Origin: Eledone cirrhosa
Taxonomy: Eukaryota
DNA: 64,000 nucleotides
Reading direction: 5' to 3'
Assembly (NCBI GenBank): GCA_964016885.1
Contig: OZ024760.1
Coordinates: 16,864,001-16,928,000 of the forward strand
This document shows positions 12,356-26,743 of this stretch, piece by piece. The translations under genes and the position numbers were made by a program. The first letter of the stretch is position 1, and every line of letters starts with the position of its first letter. Under the pieces are notes generated by a model. That model searched no databases. It was not told where the DNA came from and saw only the letters and a list, made by a program, of their open reading frames with translations.

Positions 12356-13259
12356 GTCTGTCTCCATCATATCTCACTGTGACAGGTCTTACGACCTACA
12401 TTTGTCTCTTCCCTAACATCTGAATTCATTTCTGTTTCTATGCAATATTTACTCTCATAATCATAATTTCGCTTTTAAATCCAATCAATTTTTTTTCCTT
12501 TTTCCTTTCATTTGTTCTCGGGGGACTTGTTGAAATAAATACCAGTTATATACCCGGGGAATATTAAATTAATTATATCTCTCCACTAAAATATATTTGT
12601 AGCCATGTCAATGACTGAAGTTGGTATTTGGACACAGTTAATATATTTTCAAACAAGTTCCTTGGGAATAACTCACAATCAATTTATGACCCTACTAATT
12701 ATCACGTGGTATTTCTTAAAATTTCCTCGACTTTTTGTTTTGTATTTTTCGTTTTTTGTTTGGTTTTTTTTTGTGGTTTTGGGGGGTTCTTTTTGCTTTG
12801 TATTTTTTTTTTTTTGTTTTTTGCTTTATTTTTTTTTTTTGCTTTGTATTTTTGGTTTGTTTTGTTTTTTGCTTTGTATTTTTGGGGGGTTTTTTGCTTT
12901 GTATTTTTGATTTTGTTTTTTTGCTTTGTATTTTTGGGTTTGATTTTTGCTTTGTATTTTTGGTTTTTTTCTTTTGCTTTGTATTTTTGGTTTGTATTTT
13001 CTGCTTTGGAATTTTGGGTTTTTTTTTGTTTGTATTTTTTGTTGACGTTGTTTCTATTTAAATGGAATTAAATGAAAAGCGATTTTAAGTGCGGACTACT
13101 TCCAGTCATATTAAATTACGAACTAAATTAAGTCGTTAATTGATGAAATGGTATTTCAGTAATTAAAACAAGAATAATTAAAACAAGAAAATATAACAAC
13201 AACTACTACTACTACTTTTCATTCTCTGTCTTGCTATTTCATCTTTTATTTCTTATTCT

Positions 13260-13297
13260 GTCTTTTGATGAAGGACTAGTATCCGAAACGTTAAGAC
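13260..13297 (+). ncRNA. Minimal type I hammerhead motif (family P4)
   Basis: gtctt-TTGATGA-a-gga(ctagta)tcc-GAAAC-GTT-aagac. Stem I is perfect, stem III is palindromic, core has C3U. Confidence 0.6.
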
Positions 13298-13378
13298 TCT
13301 TTTCCTATCATTTCAAGCGCTAAAATACAAAATACAGCAGATTTCTTCCAGAGAGGGATAGAGAGTGAGAGAAAGGAA

Positions 13379-13427
<49 letters not shown>

Positions 13428-13724
13428 CACAAACATGTAGACATACATATATATGTAAACACGAATACATACACACACACGCGCGCGCGCGCATATGCAA
13501 ACACATACATGCCACTGTACATATATTCTTATCTGTCGTCTGCTCGGCTTCCCAACGAAGACGTTTTCAATCAATGTCTTCTAAATAAAACACTATAAAA
13601 GATTATTTTACTTCAATTTATCCACTTCCTCTTCTATTAAATATTAGTTATTCACATTTTATTCCTCGTTCTTTATTGATTCCGTTTTAATTTCTTTTAT
13701 TATTCGACTCTTTTCTTCAATTAG

Positions 13725-14660
<936 letters not shown>

Positions 14661-14719
14661 ACATTTCATATTTTGTATTCAACAAAAGAAAAAAAATCGT
14701 CCTCTTTGTTATCATCATC

Positions 14720-14954
14720 ATTGGTTTCTGATTTAGGCACAAGGCCAACAATGTTTGGGGGTATAAGAGGGAAAGTCGAGTACATCGACCCCAATGAATT
14801 ACTGGTACTTTATTTTATCGACCTCCATAAGGATGAAAGACAAAGCCAATCTCGCCGAGGTTAACTTTACCTTTCATCCTTACGGGATCGATAAAATAAA
14901 GTACCAGTAATACCAATAATTGCTGGCCTTGTGCCAAAAGTAGAAATAATATTA

Positions 14955-14985
<31 letters not shown>

Positions 14986-15195
14986 CGGTGGGCATTTGCA
15001 GAATCGATAGAGCATCAGACACCATGCTTTGCAGCATAGAGTTACGTCCCTTTACGGTCTGAGTTCAAATCCTACTGAGGTTAACTTTGCCTTTCATCCT
15101 TACTGGGTCGATAAAATAAAAGTACCAGTAATGTACTGGGATCGATTTAATCGACTTTCCCCTCCCCCAAATTACTGGCTTTGTACCTATATAAG
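14720..15195. mobile_element. SINE A cluster (head-to-head pair plus a full copy)
   Basis: Minus copy 14720-14855, plus copies 14852-14950 and 14985-15195. Confidence 0.85.
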
Positions 15196-16015
15196 AAAAG
15201 ATGATGGATTTCGCAACTAACTGCACCAGGGTTCCTGTTCCTCAGGGAACCACACTATATGGTATACCTGTTGATTTAGGTCCAGCCCCTGCTCTCCCGG
15301 GTCCTGTTTCTGATCATAATGATCTCTAGGGATACGGAAATCAGTAGACAGGACCTGGGGGCAGCGATGGGGGACAGGGAATTCTGGGGCATGAGAGTGA
15401 GATCCATCATCTCGACAGTAGTCGAAGAATGGTGATGATGATATAAGAAACCATTATTCTGTACAATTTTTTAAAATATTATTTTCCTGTACAATTACTC
15501 ATTACTTTTCTGGACAATGGCCGAATATTTCTATAGATATATTTAGAACAAAATAAAGTACCAGTCATGTACCGGGGGTCGCTTTAATCGACGTTCCTGT
15601 CTCTCACAACATTGCTGGCCTTGTCCATAAACCAGAAACCAATATTACTAAAGTATTTAATTAGTGACTAATTTGGTATTTAACATTAGTAGTTAGTCAC
15701 AATCTTGTAATATTACTCATTATATCATTAATGTCGTTTCGTCTGTAGTTCGTTGATTTTCTAAAGCCGAATCTTAGCATGATTTATTGAATTGCAATTT
15801 AGCATAGTTCTGCTTGTGGTCATTAAGTGTAATATAGTGTTCGTATATAGTGTTCGTATATAGTGTTCGTGTTTACTGAAACGCCAAACTTTCTTATATT
15901 GTTTATGTCTCGTTTAATTGCTAATACCAGCAGATGTGTTTGCGTTAGCTTTTCACATTTCTCACGCGTAGCTTTAAGCTATCCTTCAACAGAGAAAGAG
16001 AGTAGAGGCTGGGGC

Positions 16016-16082
<67 letters not shown>

Positions 16083-16759
16083 CTCTCTGTATTTCCATCT
16101 GTCTCTCCTCTCTCTTTCTCTTTCCATCTGTCTCTCCTCTCAGTCCCTCTCTACCTTTCTATCTGTCTCTCCTCTCTCTCTCTCTCTCTCTCTGCCTTTC
16201 TCTATCTCTCCCTCTCTCTCCTTCTCTCTCTCTGCAGTCTCTCTCAGTCTCTCTCTTTCTCAATCTCTTTCTCATTCTCAAAGAACCTTTGTTAAGCTAT
16301 GTTCCAAAGCACCAGCTTAATAACGAGACAGTTAGTTATATTACTAAATGCCTCCAAATACGATTATTTTTCCAAATGATGTGAAAACACTAACACCAGA
16401 AATATGATAAAAAATATTTCTCAAAAGCGATTACGCTATTGGGAAAAAAATCATTTTTTTAATATTATTAGTGGACAGAAATGATTTTAAGAAATTTATG
16501 AAATTAGATTAAAAAAAAATATATTTGGAAAGATTGATAAAGTTCTTCGTTCATAAATAATAAATATTTGAAAGAATCGATAAAATTCCTAGTTTATTTC
16601 AAATCGGATGACAAGAAAAGTTTATATAGATATTTCCAGTTATTCAGAAATAACACAATGTAAGGTTTGTCTGTTAAATCCTAATAAAGGGTTTAACAGA
16701 ATGCTTTGAATCTGGTAGAATGTTGGGGTCTTGCTTAGTGTGGGGTGGGGGCTCAGCTG

Positions 16760-16834
16760 CATCTGTGGATCAGTTGGAGACGGTTACTTCGCACAGGACC
16801 CACTGGAAGGAGTGTTTGAGGACTGCCCCCCCCC

Positions 16835-16835
<1 letters not shown>
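16760..16835 (+). mobile_element. RTE 3' fragment of the same family as 2600-2670
   Basis: cagttggag...acaggacccactggaagga..gtttgaggact. Confidence 0.7.
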
Positions 16836-16876
<41 letters not shown>

Positions 16877-16946
16877 GCATATATATATACACAGGCATAT
16901 ATATATATACATACATGTATGTGTATATATATATATATACATACAT

Positions 16947-16989
<43 letters not shown>

Positions 16990-17025
16990 CACATGCATGT
17001 ATATATATACATACACATGCATGTA

Positions 17026-17065
<40 letters not shown>

Positions 17066-17247
17066 CATGCATGTATATATATATATATGAATATATATAT
17101 ATATACATGCATGTATATATATATATATGAATATATATATATATATACATGCATGTATATATATATATATATGAATATATATATATATATGAATATATAT
17201 ATATACATGCATGTATATATATATATATATATATATGCTTGTATATA

Positions 17248-17280
<33 letters not shown>

Positions 17281-17329
17281 GCTTATATATATATATATAT
17301 GCTTGTATATATATATATATATATATGCT

Positions 17330-17378
<49 letters not shown>

Positions 17379-17506
17379 TTGTATAAATATATATATATAT
17401 ATATGATATATATGGTTGTATATATATATATATATATATATATGGTTGTATAAATATATATATATATATATATATATGGTTGTATAAATATATATATATA
17501 TATGCT

Positions 17507-17539
<33 letters not shown>

Positions 17540-17564
17540 TTGTATATATATATGTATATATGCT

Positions 17565-17607
<43 letters not shown>

Positions 17608-17608
17608 T

Positions 17609-17653
<45 letters not shown>

Positions 17654-17654
17654 T

Positions 17655-17701
<47 letters not shown>

Positions 17702-17702
17702 T

Positions 17703-17745
<43 letters not shown>

Positions 17746-17746
17746 T

Positions 17747-17800
<54 letters not shown>

Positions 17801-17940
17801 TATATATATATATGTGTGTTTATATATATATTATATATATATATATATATGTACATATATATATATATGTGTGTGTATATATATATTATAAATATATATA
17901 TTATAAATATATACATACATATATATAAACACATATACAT
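16836..17940. repeat. (TA)n satellite punctuated by catgcatg / gcttg / ggttg
   Basis: Direct reading. Confidence 0.95.
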
Positions 17941-18387
17941 AGTATTATATTCCATTCTCTAATTCCGTTTTTCATGAAACAAAGCAAATATAAAACTATT
18001 ATTGACATTGCCACTGATGTATCCGTTGTAAATGAAATGAATTGTTTCAGATGGCCAAGGAAATTTCATTTGCTATGATTTTAATGTCGAACTTCTGCAG
18101 TAAGATTTATAAATGTATAGAGGGTGCAATCAATAGTTATTTGTGAATATCTTAAAAGCTGCCGCCCCCCAAGTAAGTGATTGAAGTTTAAATTGGTGGC
18201 TAGGACAGGCTGCGTTGTTTGTCAGCAGAGATAACGTCTATAGTTTGATAACAGACGACACATACATACATTCACATAGACACATATATATATATATATA
18301 TATCTGTGTCTATGTATATGGATGTATGTATATATATGTGTGTGTGTGAGTATATGTGTATATATGTGTATATATATATATACATGT

Positions 18388-18447
<60 letters not shown>

Positions 18448-18767
18448 GTGTCTATATATACACATGCATGTATATATATATATATATATGTGTGTGTGAG
18501 TATATGTGTATATATGTGTATATATATATATATACATGCACACACACACTATATATATATATATATATATGTATATGTGTCTATGTATATGGATGTATGT
18601 ATATACACATGCATGTATATATATATGTGTGTGTGTGAGTATATGTGTATATATATATATATACATGCACACACACACATATATATACACACTCACACAC
18701 ACACACATATATATATATATATACATACACACGCGCACTTATATATGCGCAACGCGTGTGTGTGTCC

Positions 18768-18972
18768 TTCTATATCAAGGTTAAACAGTGAGTCTTGTTA
18801 CTCTGGAGTTTCACCTGTTTATCACAGGGTCATCTGACAAGAGTTCTTGTCTGATGACCCTGTCATAAACAGACGAAGCTCCTGAGTAACAAGACACACT
18901 ATTTAGCCTTAATATAAAACTCTACTTCGGTATTGAGTACTCCCAACTCTCAGCCGTCAACCACACACGAAT
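18768..18972. mobile_element. Fold-back element with two inverted hammerheads (family P5)
   Basis: Plus 18845-18894 tcttgt-CTGATGA-...-GAAGC-tcctga-GTA-acaaga. The minus arm has CAGATGA...GAAAC. Confidence 0.8.
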
Positions 18973-19089
18973 ATATATGAAAATTTTCTATCCACACGAA
19001 ATTGTTTTTCACGCTATTTAGCATATTAGTGTCTACTCTAATTTACTTGGGTTGGTATATTGATAATACTGACTTATTATATTATTGAC

Positions 19090-19260
19090 AATTTCGGTAG
19101 AAGGTCGGACGCCATGCTTTGCAGCAAAGAGTTGCGGCCCTTTATGGTCTGAGTTCAAATCCCGCCAAGGTTAACTTTGCCTTTCATCCTTACAGGGTCG
19201 ATAAAATAAAGTACCAGTAATGCACTGGAGTAATAGCTGGCCTTGTGCCAAAAGTCTGAA
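19090..19260 (+). mobile_element. SINE A
   Basis: Consensus match. Confidence 0.9.
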
Positions 19261-19717
19261 AAGCTTTTTTTTTTTCCTTATCACCCCTCTCCTTATATAG
19301 TGTGGCTCTCTGTGTGTTTGTATGTATGTCTATATGTACGTATGTCTATATGTACGTATGTATGTACGTATGTGTGTACCTACCTCTTTTTTAAGTTTTA
19401 TTAGCTAGACTGTATTAAGTTCCTTGAGATATATACACTCTTGAAACAGCTCTAAGGCGTTAGACATCAGCAATGCAGGTGATATTGTAAATGCAGAAAT
19501 GTATATAATATATTCAGAAATCTACGGGCAACGCTAACAAGTGACATGTTTAGAAAGATATCTTGTCCTCAGCCAGGGGAAACGCGTTAATACGAAAGGA
19601 AAGTATTGAAAGACAATTTAATAGAAAGATACGATTTATTTTGACAAGGTGAAAATAATGTTTGAAATAACAGAAACTTATTAACACTGTAACTATGTTG
19701 GTGATTTAATACAGTTA

Positions 19718-20121
19718 CTGTAAAGTATTGGTATCATCTGTAAACTGCCGGTGTCGTCTTTATAAAGTATTGGTGTCGTCTGTAAAGTATTGGTGTCGTC
19801 TGTAAAGTATTGGTGTCGTCTGTAAAGTATTGGTGTCGTCTGTAAAGTATTGGTGTTGTCTGTAAAGTATTGGTGTTGTCTGTAAAGTATTGGTGTTGTC
19901 TGTAAAGTATTGGTGTTGTCTGTAAAGTATTGGTGTCGTCTGTAAACTGCCGGTGTCGTATGTAAAGTATTGGTGTCGTCTGTAAACTGCCGGTGTCGTC
20001 TGTAAAGTATTGGTGTTGTCTGTAAACTACTAGTGCCGTCTGTAAATTGCTGCCGTTGTCTGTAAACTACGGGTGCCGCCTGTAAATTATTGAAAACGTC
20101 TGTAAACTACTGGTGTCGTCT
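19718..20121. repeat. 20-bp minisatellite tgtaaagtattggtgtcgtc, about 20 units
   Basis: Direct reading. Confidence 0.95.
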
Positions 20122-20220
20122 GCGATGGACTGGCATCATGTCCATAGTGGGTAGAGAGTATTGTACTCTCAGTCGCTTCACACCAAGAAACCGGGATAAG
20201 CACTGGCCTGACGGGACTCA
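20120..20220 (+). mobile_element. V-domain-like SINE (family B) 3' part
   Basis: ctgcgatggactggcatc..gtcca...cagtcgcttcac...aaaccgg, reverse-homologous to 52200-52620. Confidence 0.6.
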
Positions 20221-20329
20221 GGTCGGCTGAAATATTCATAGGCTGACTACGAAGGATTGATGCTAGGGCTGTGAAATCTCGTATGCATTAATTTCAATTC
20301 TTCTTATTAATAACTGCATTGTTTCTTTC

Positions 20330-21036
20330 TAGAGACTATGTTGAAAACAAAACCTTATTTGGTCTTCCATGAGAGTGACTTAGTCAGCATATGAGCTTTT
20401 CAGCTGACCTTCGTAGTATCTGGCTGAATTATCAACTTGACAAACTAGGTTTGAAAAATAAACCTCATTGGGTCATTCCATGAGAGTATCTTAGTCAGCC
20501 TATGAACATTTCAGCTGATCCTAGTATCTCGTTAAAAGGTAGTGTTAGGGGTATGTGAGTTATGTATAGTACTAGGAGTCAGTGATGGTAGTATTTGGAG
20601 TCAGAAAAAGTAGTACTGGGTGTTCGTGAGCTAAATTCAAAATTTGAGGGACTATGCTGAAAAATAAACCTTATTTGGTCATTCCATGAGAGTATCTTAG
20701 TCAGCATATGAGCTTTTCAGCTGACTTCCGTATTACCTGACTGAATTATCAACGAGACAAACTACCTCTTCAGATATGTTCGGAATCTGTTTCTTTCAGA
20801 GACTATGTTTAAAAAATAAACGTTATTTGGTCATTCCATGAGAGTATCTTAGTCAGCATATGAACTTTTCAGCTGACCCCCGTAATTCCTGACTGAATTA
20901 TCAACGAGACAAACTATCTCTTCAGATATGTTCGGAATCTGTTTCTTTCAGAGACTATGTTTAAAAGATAAACGTTATTTGGTCATTCCATGAGAGTATC
21001 TTAGTCAGCATATGAGCTTTTAAAGCTGACCTTCGT
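20330..21036. repeat. ~152-bp tandem repeat, 5 partial or full units
   Basis: gtcattccatgagagtatcttagtcagcatatga recurs. Period 152 at 20799/20951. Confidence 0.85.
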
Positions 21037-21229
21037 ACTTGTTCTACGTCGCATTCCTCTATCACCGTTATATATGAGTTTTATCACCTTGGAAACATGA
21101 AATATCCAGTGTTACCTACTAACAGTGTACTTACAATGGCAGCTGGTTTCGTATTCAACGTGAAGAAGATAACAGTTGCTCCTTCATAACACACAATAGC
21201 TGATACTTGTTTGAAGAGGTGTATGTTTG

Positions 21230-21681
21230 TTGCTGCTACTACTACTACTATTGCTACTCTTACTACTACCACCACTACCACTACCACCACCACCACCACT
21301 ACTACTACTATCACCATTACTACTACTACCACCACTACTACTACTACCACTACTACTACTACTATTGCTACTATTGCTACTCGTATTACTGTTACTAGTA
21401 GTGTTAGTATTACTACTACTACTACTACTACTACTATTATTACTACTATTATTACTACTACTACTATTATTATTACTGTTACTACTACTACTACTACTGT
21501 TGCTGTTACTACTACTACTACTGATGTTACTACTACTACCACCACCATTACCACTACTACTACTACTACAACCATTACTACTACTACTACTACTACTACC
21601 ACTACTACTACTACTACCATTACTACTACCACCACCACCACTACCACTACTACTACTACTACTACTACCATTACTACTACC

Positions 21682-21719
<38 letters not shown>

Positions 21720-21720
21720 A
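21230..21720. repeat. (TAC/CAC)n trinucleotide microsatellite
   Basis: Direct reading. Similar tracts at 27230-27760, 39960-40440, 43665-43980 and 46360-46670. Confidence 0.95.
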
Positions 21721-22019
21721 GTAATATCAGCAAAGACAACAACAGCAGTAACAACAATAATTGTTTCTTCAATGGCAACAATTTGAGGAGGAATGTCGAT
21801 TAAATCGACCCCAGTATGTTACTGGTACTTAATTGTATCGACAGGAACTCACACACATATAAACATACACACACACACACACACACAAATAGACACTAAT
21901 AGACACAAATAGACATAAATAGACACATATACACATGCTTGAGTTTAACAGTTCGTATACTGATGTTATTGAACCAAACCAATAGTAAATACAAATTGGG
22001 AAATCAATAATACTTATAC

Positions 22020-22770
22020 GTAGAATGTATACCTGATCGTCTGCTAAGTAGAGTAGAGCTCTTCTATATCTGCTGAATATAGTAGAGCTCTTATATAGGT
22101 ACCTGCGTAGAGTGTATATCTGATAGTCTGCTAAGTAGAGTAGAGCTCTTATATATCTGCTGAATATAGTAGAGCTCTTGTATAGATACCTATGTTGAGT
22201 GTATATCAGATCGTCTGCTAAATATATTAGAGCTGTTGTATAGATACCTATGTTGAATGTATATCAGATCGTCTGCTAAATATAGTAGAGCTCTTGTATA
22301 GATACCTATGTTGAATGTATATCAGATCGTCTGCTAAATGTAGTAGAGCTGTTGTATAGATACCTATATTGAGTGTATATCAGATCGTCTGCTAAATGTA
22401 GTAGAGCTGTTGTATAGATACCTATGTTGAGTGTATATCAGATCGTCTGCTAAATATAGTAGAGCTCTTGTATAGATACCTATGTTGAGTGTATATCAGA
22501 TCGTCTGCTAAATATAGTAGAGCTCTTGTATAGATACCTATGTTGAATGTATATCAGATCGTCTGCTAAATGTAGTAGAGCTCTTGTATAGATACCTATG
22601 TTGAGTGTATATCAGATCGTCTGCTAAATGTAGTAGAGCTGTTGTATAGATACCTATGTTGAATGTATATCAGATCGTCTGCTAAATGTAGTAGAGCTCT
22701 TGTATAGATACCTGCGTAGAATGTATATCAGATCGTCTGCAAAATATAGTAGAGCTCTTACATATCTGAT
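22020..22770. repeat. 58-bp minisatellite, about 12 units
   Basis: cagatcgtctgctaaa at 22207, 22265, 22323 and onward. Confidence 0.95.
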
Positions 22771-22986
22771 TGTTGGCAGTATCGGTTGGGCGTATGCTTT
22801 GCGGCGTAGAGTTACGGCCATTTACGTTCTGAGTTCAAATCCCGCCCAGGTTAGCTTTGCCTTACATCCTTAGACGAGGTCAATAAAATGATAAAATAAA
22901 GTACCAGTAACACGCTGGGGTCTATTTAATCGACTTTCTACACCCCACCACAAATTGTTGGCCTGACCTAAATCAGAAATCATTAT
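22770..22986 (+). mobile_element. SINE A
   Basis: Consensus match. Confidence 0.85.
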
Positions 22987-23464
22987 ATACACCACAGATG
23001 ATGTCACCATTGAATTATAGTCTCGTATAAAATCAGAATATATCAAACCAGTTTCTAATTATATATTGTATATATATTGTATATATTGTATATATATTGT
23101 ATATATTGTATATATTATATATATTGTATATATTGTATATATATTGTATATATTGTATATATATTGTATATATTGTATATATATTGTATATATTGTATAT
23201 ATATTGTATATATTGTATATATTGTATATATCAATCTACAGCAATTAACCTGAGCCAAACACTTTATTAATTATCCTTATTATTATTATTAATATTTTTA
23301 TTTTTATTATTTTTATTATTTTTATTATTTTTATTATTTTTATTATTTTTATTATTATTATTAAGGGTCTTTTTTCCTTTTACACACAAAACTCCAACAC
23401 TGCCTCGTTCTGAGTTGTCTCTTTTATATGCTTAATGTCGGCCCCATGTGACTCATAAAGAAAC

Positions 23465-23648
23465 GACTATTATCACCATCATCACCACCACCACCACCAC
23501 CAATACCATCGTCATCATCATCACCACCACTGTAACGACAACACCATCATCATCACTACCACCAACAACACCACCAACACCACCAATACCACCAACAACA
23601 ACACCACCACATCACTGTAACAACACCACCACCACCAACAACAACAAC

Positions 23649-23680
<32 letters not shown>

Positions 23681-24080
23681 CACTACCACTGTCACAACAT
23701 CAAAAAGAACTCGACAGCAATAAACATTAAACCTCTTTAGAAATGAAAGTGTAATCAAAAGTATGATGATGATGATGATATGGTTAGTGGGTGGTGTTGG
23801 AGTTAGTAATGTTGTTGATGCTGATGATGGTACTGGTGGTGATGGTAGTGATGGCGGTATTGATGATGATGGTGATGGTATTGGTGGTGATGGTGGTATT
23901 GATGGTGGTGATGGTGGTGATGGTGGTGATGGTATTGGTGGTGATGGTGGTATTGATGATGATGATGGTGATGATGGTGGTGATGGTGGTGGTGATGGTG
24001 ATGATGGTGGTGGTGATGGTATTGGTGGTGATGGTGGTGATGGTGATGATGGTGGTGATGGTGGTGGTGATGGTGATGAT
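23465..24080. repeat. (CAC/CAA)n and (GGT/GAT)n low-complexity tracts
   Basis: Direct reading. Confidence 0.9.
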
Positions 24081-24183
24081 TTATTTGTGTTGTTGCTGTC
24101 TGCAGTACTTCCCTAATTAATCTCGTAATGAAATGTTTCCATTTCTTCCTCATAATTTTCTAGAATCATTATCTCAACATTAG

Positions 24184-24300
<117 letters not shown>

Positions 24301-24532
24301 TGTCGGTATGTGTGTGTGTGTACCAGTTTATATATATATATATATATGTGTATATATGTAAGTATGTATGTATGTATGTGTTTATATATATATATATATA
24401 GAGAGAGAGAGATATAGATATATAGATATATATATATGAATGTTTGTATATATATATGTATATATATGTATCTTTATATATGTATGAATGTATGTATATA
24501 TATATGTATGTATCTATATATATGTATGAATG

Positions 24533-24574
<42 letters not shown>

Positions 24575-24663
24575 GTATGTATATATATGTATGTATCTAT
24601 ATATGTATGTGTATATACATACATACATACATACATACATACATACATACATACATACATACA

Positions 24664-24694
<31 letters not shown>

Positions 24695-24985
24695 GGAGGG
24701 GAGGTGTTTATGTATGTATACATACGTAGATATGTCTGTTTTCCCGTACTCTTTATGTTTGAGTATATTTTTCATCTGTTGGCAAAGTTGTAGAGAAAAG
24801 GAAATATTCTGTTTTCCCTTGTGTAATCGTTTTTCTATTGAATCGCAAGAATGTTTTACAGATTTTTCAAGGTTCCAAATATGGAAGCCATTTGTAACTT
24901 TTGAATTAAGGAGCTGCGATCTTTCTCATATAATTCAGCTGCTTAGCGCATGACCTAATCAATATCAATATATAATATAAAAGAA

Positions 24986-25172
24986 GGGTGGTGGATTGGT
25001 AGTATCGGTAGAGGGTCGGACGCCATGCTTTGCAGCATAGTTACGTCCCTTTGCGTTCTGAGTTCAAATCTCGCCGAGGTTAACTTTGCCTTTCATCCTT
25101 ACGGAGTTGATAAAATAAAGTACCAGTAATGTACTGGGTAATTGCTGGCCTTGTGCCTAAAGTAGAAACAAT
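24986..25172 (+). mobile_element. SINE A, full length
   Basis: A-box-like head, B box and conserved domain. Confidence 0.9.
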
Positions 25173-25344
25173 ATATAGTATAAAAGTTGGTTGGTGGCTG
25201 GTTTGGTTGTCTTCGTCCATTAAACAAAAACGAAAACTGGCAATTGAAAAGTAAGTACAGCAATGGAATAAGGATATATCTTGGAAGGTTTATTGATATT
25301 GTTATATAAGGGAGGAGTCATGTTGTCCTTGTATTGGTTTTTGA

Positions 25345-25470
25345 TTGAGGCACAAGGGGAGAGGAAAAGTCGAATTTTCTTGGGGGGGTCGGTCGATTAA
25401 ATCGATCCCAGTACATTACTGGTACTTTATTTTATCGACCTCGTAAGGATGAAAGGCAAAGCTAACCATG
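25345..25470 (-). mobile_element. SINE A fragment
   Basis: Reverse-complement match. Confidence 0.85.
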
Positions 25471-25547
25471 ATAACTTAATATATTCTCTAATCATCCAAA
25501 ATGCTTCAGTGTGAGTGTGTGTCCGTGAAATATATACGTATATATAC

Positions 25548-26200
25548 CAGGTCGGAACACAAAGGAACTAAACTCCCACTGTCACGGCCTCCGTCTCTCT
25601 CGCCCCCCCCCCCCCCCATCTATATACCCTGTGTAAATGGTGAGTAGGTTATAGTTGGTGTCTTGATGAATTTGTGTGTGATATGATAAATAAATGTATA
25701 CATATGCTCTAGATCCAAACACAAAGGAACCAAACTCCCACTGTCACGGCCTCCGTCTCTCTCGCTCCCCCCATCTATATGCCCTGTGTAAATGATCAGT
25801 AGGTTATAGTTGGTGTCTTGATGAATTTGTGTGTGATATGATAAATAAATGTATACATATGCTCCAGATCCAAACACAAAGGAACCAAACTCCCACTGTC
25901 ACGGCCTCCGTCTCTCTCGCTCCCCCCATCTATATGCCCTGTGTAAATGATCAGTAGGTTATAGTTGGTGTCTTGATGAATTTGTGTGTGATATGATAAA
26001 TAAATGTATACATATGCTCCAGATCCAAACACAAAGAAACCAAACTCCCACTGTCACAACCTCCGTCTCTCCCGATCTCCCCATCTCTAACTATTTTAAG
26101 CAAACTAAGAGGGAGGAACTCGTTCGTAGTCTCGCGGCCCATGGCGGATGGCGAAGGAGACGCACTGCCAGAACCATACCAGCTCGCGTGGCTTCAAAGT
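25548..26200 (-). mobile_element. 155-bp tandem repeat (x3.5) at the 3' end of a degenerate CRE-like element
   Basis: Period 155 (25711, 25866, 26021). The unit contains aactcccactgtca...ccccatct as at 11014-11059, and 26140-26180 resembles 11138-11175. Confidence 0.65.
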
Positions 26201-26386
26201 CGTCTGCTTGGTTAGTCATCGTAAAAAACTAAATTACTGAGAGCTGTCGATATCTTTAATAATAATCGATGTAAGGTGACGTATTCCATGGAGAGAAGCG
26301 GATACAGATGTTAGTTTATGTTAATATGCTTTTGACAACCATTTTGTCTTTAACTCAGCATAATGTATATATATTACGTATATATG

Positions 26387-26417
<31 letters not shown>

Positions 26418-26654
26418 ATATATATATTATGCATATATATATATATATATATTATGCATATATATATATATATTATGTATATGTATATATATATATATTA
26501 TGTATATGTATATATATATTATGTACATGTATATATATATTATGTATATGTATATATATATATTATGCATGTATATATATATTATGTATATGTGTATATA
26601 TATCTATATATATATATACACACACATATATATACAGTACACACACATACACAC

Positions 26655-26743
<89 letters not shown>

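Noticed and set aside
21211-21786. Mucin-like poly-Thr ORF (also poly-Gly/Ser/His ORFs at 23763, 39949, 43613)
   Set aside because: These are trinucleotide microsatellites with no flanking coding signal.
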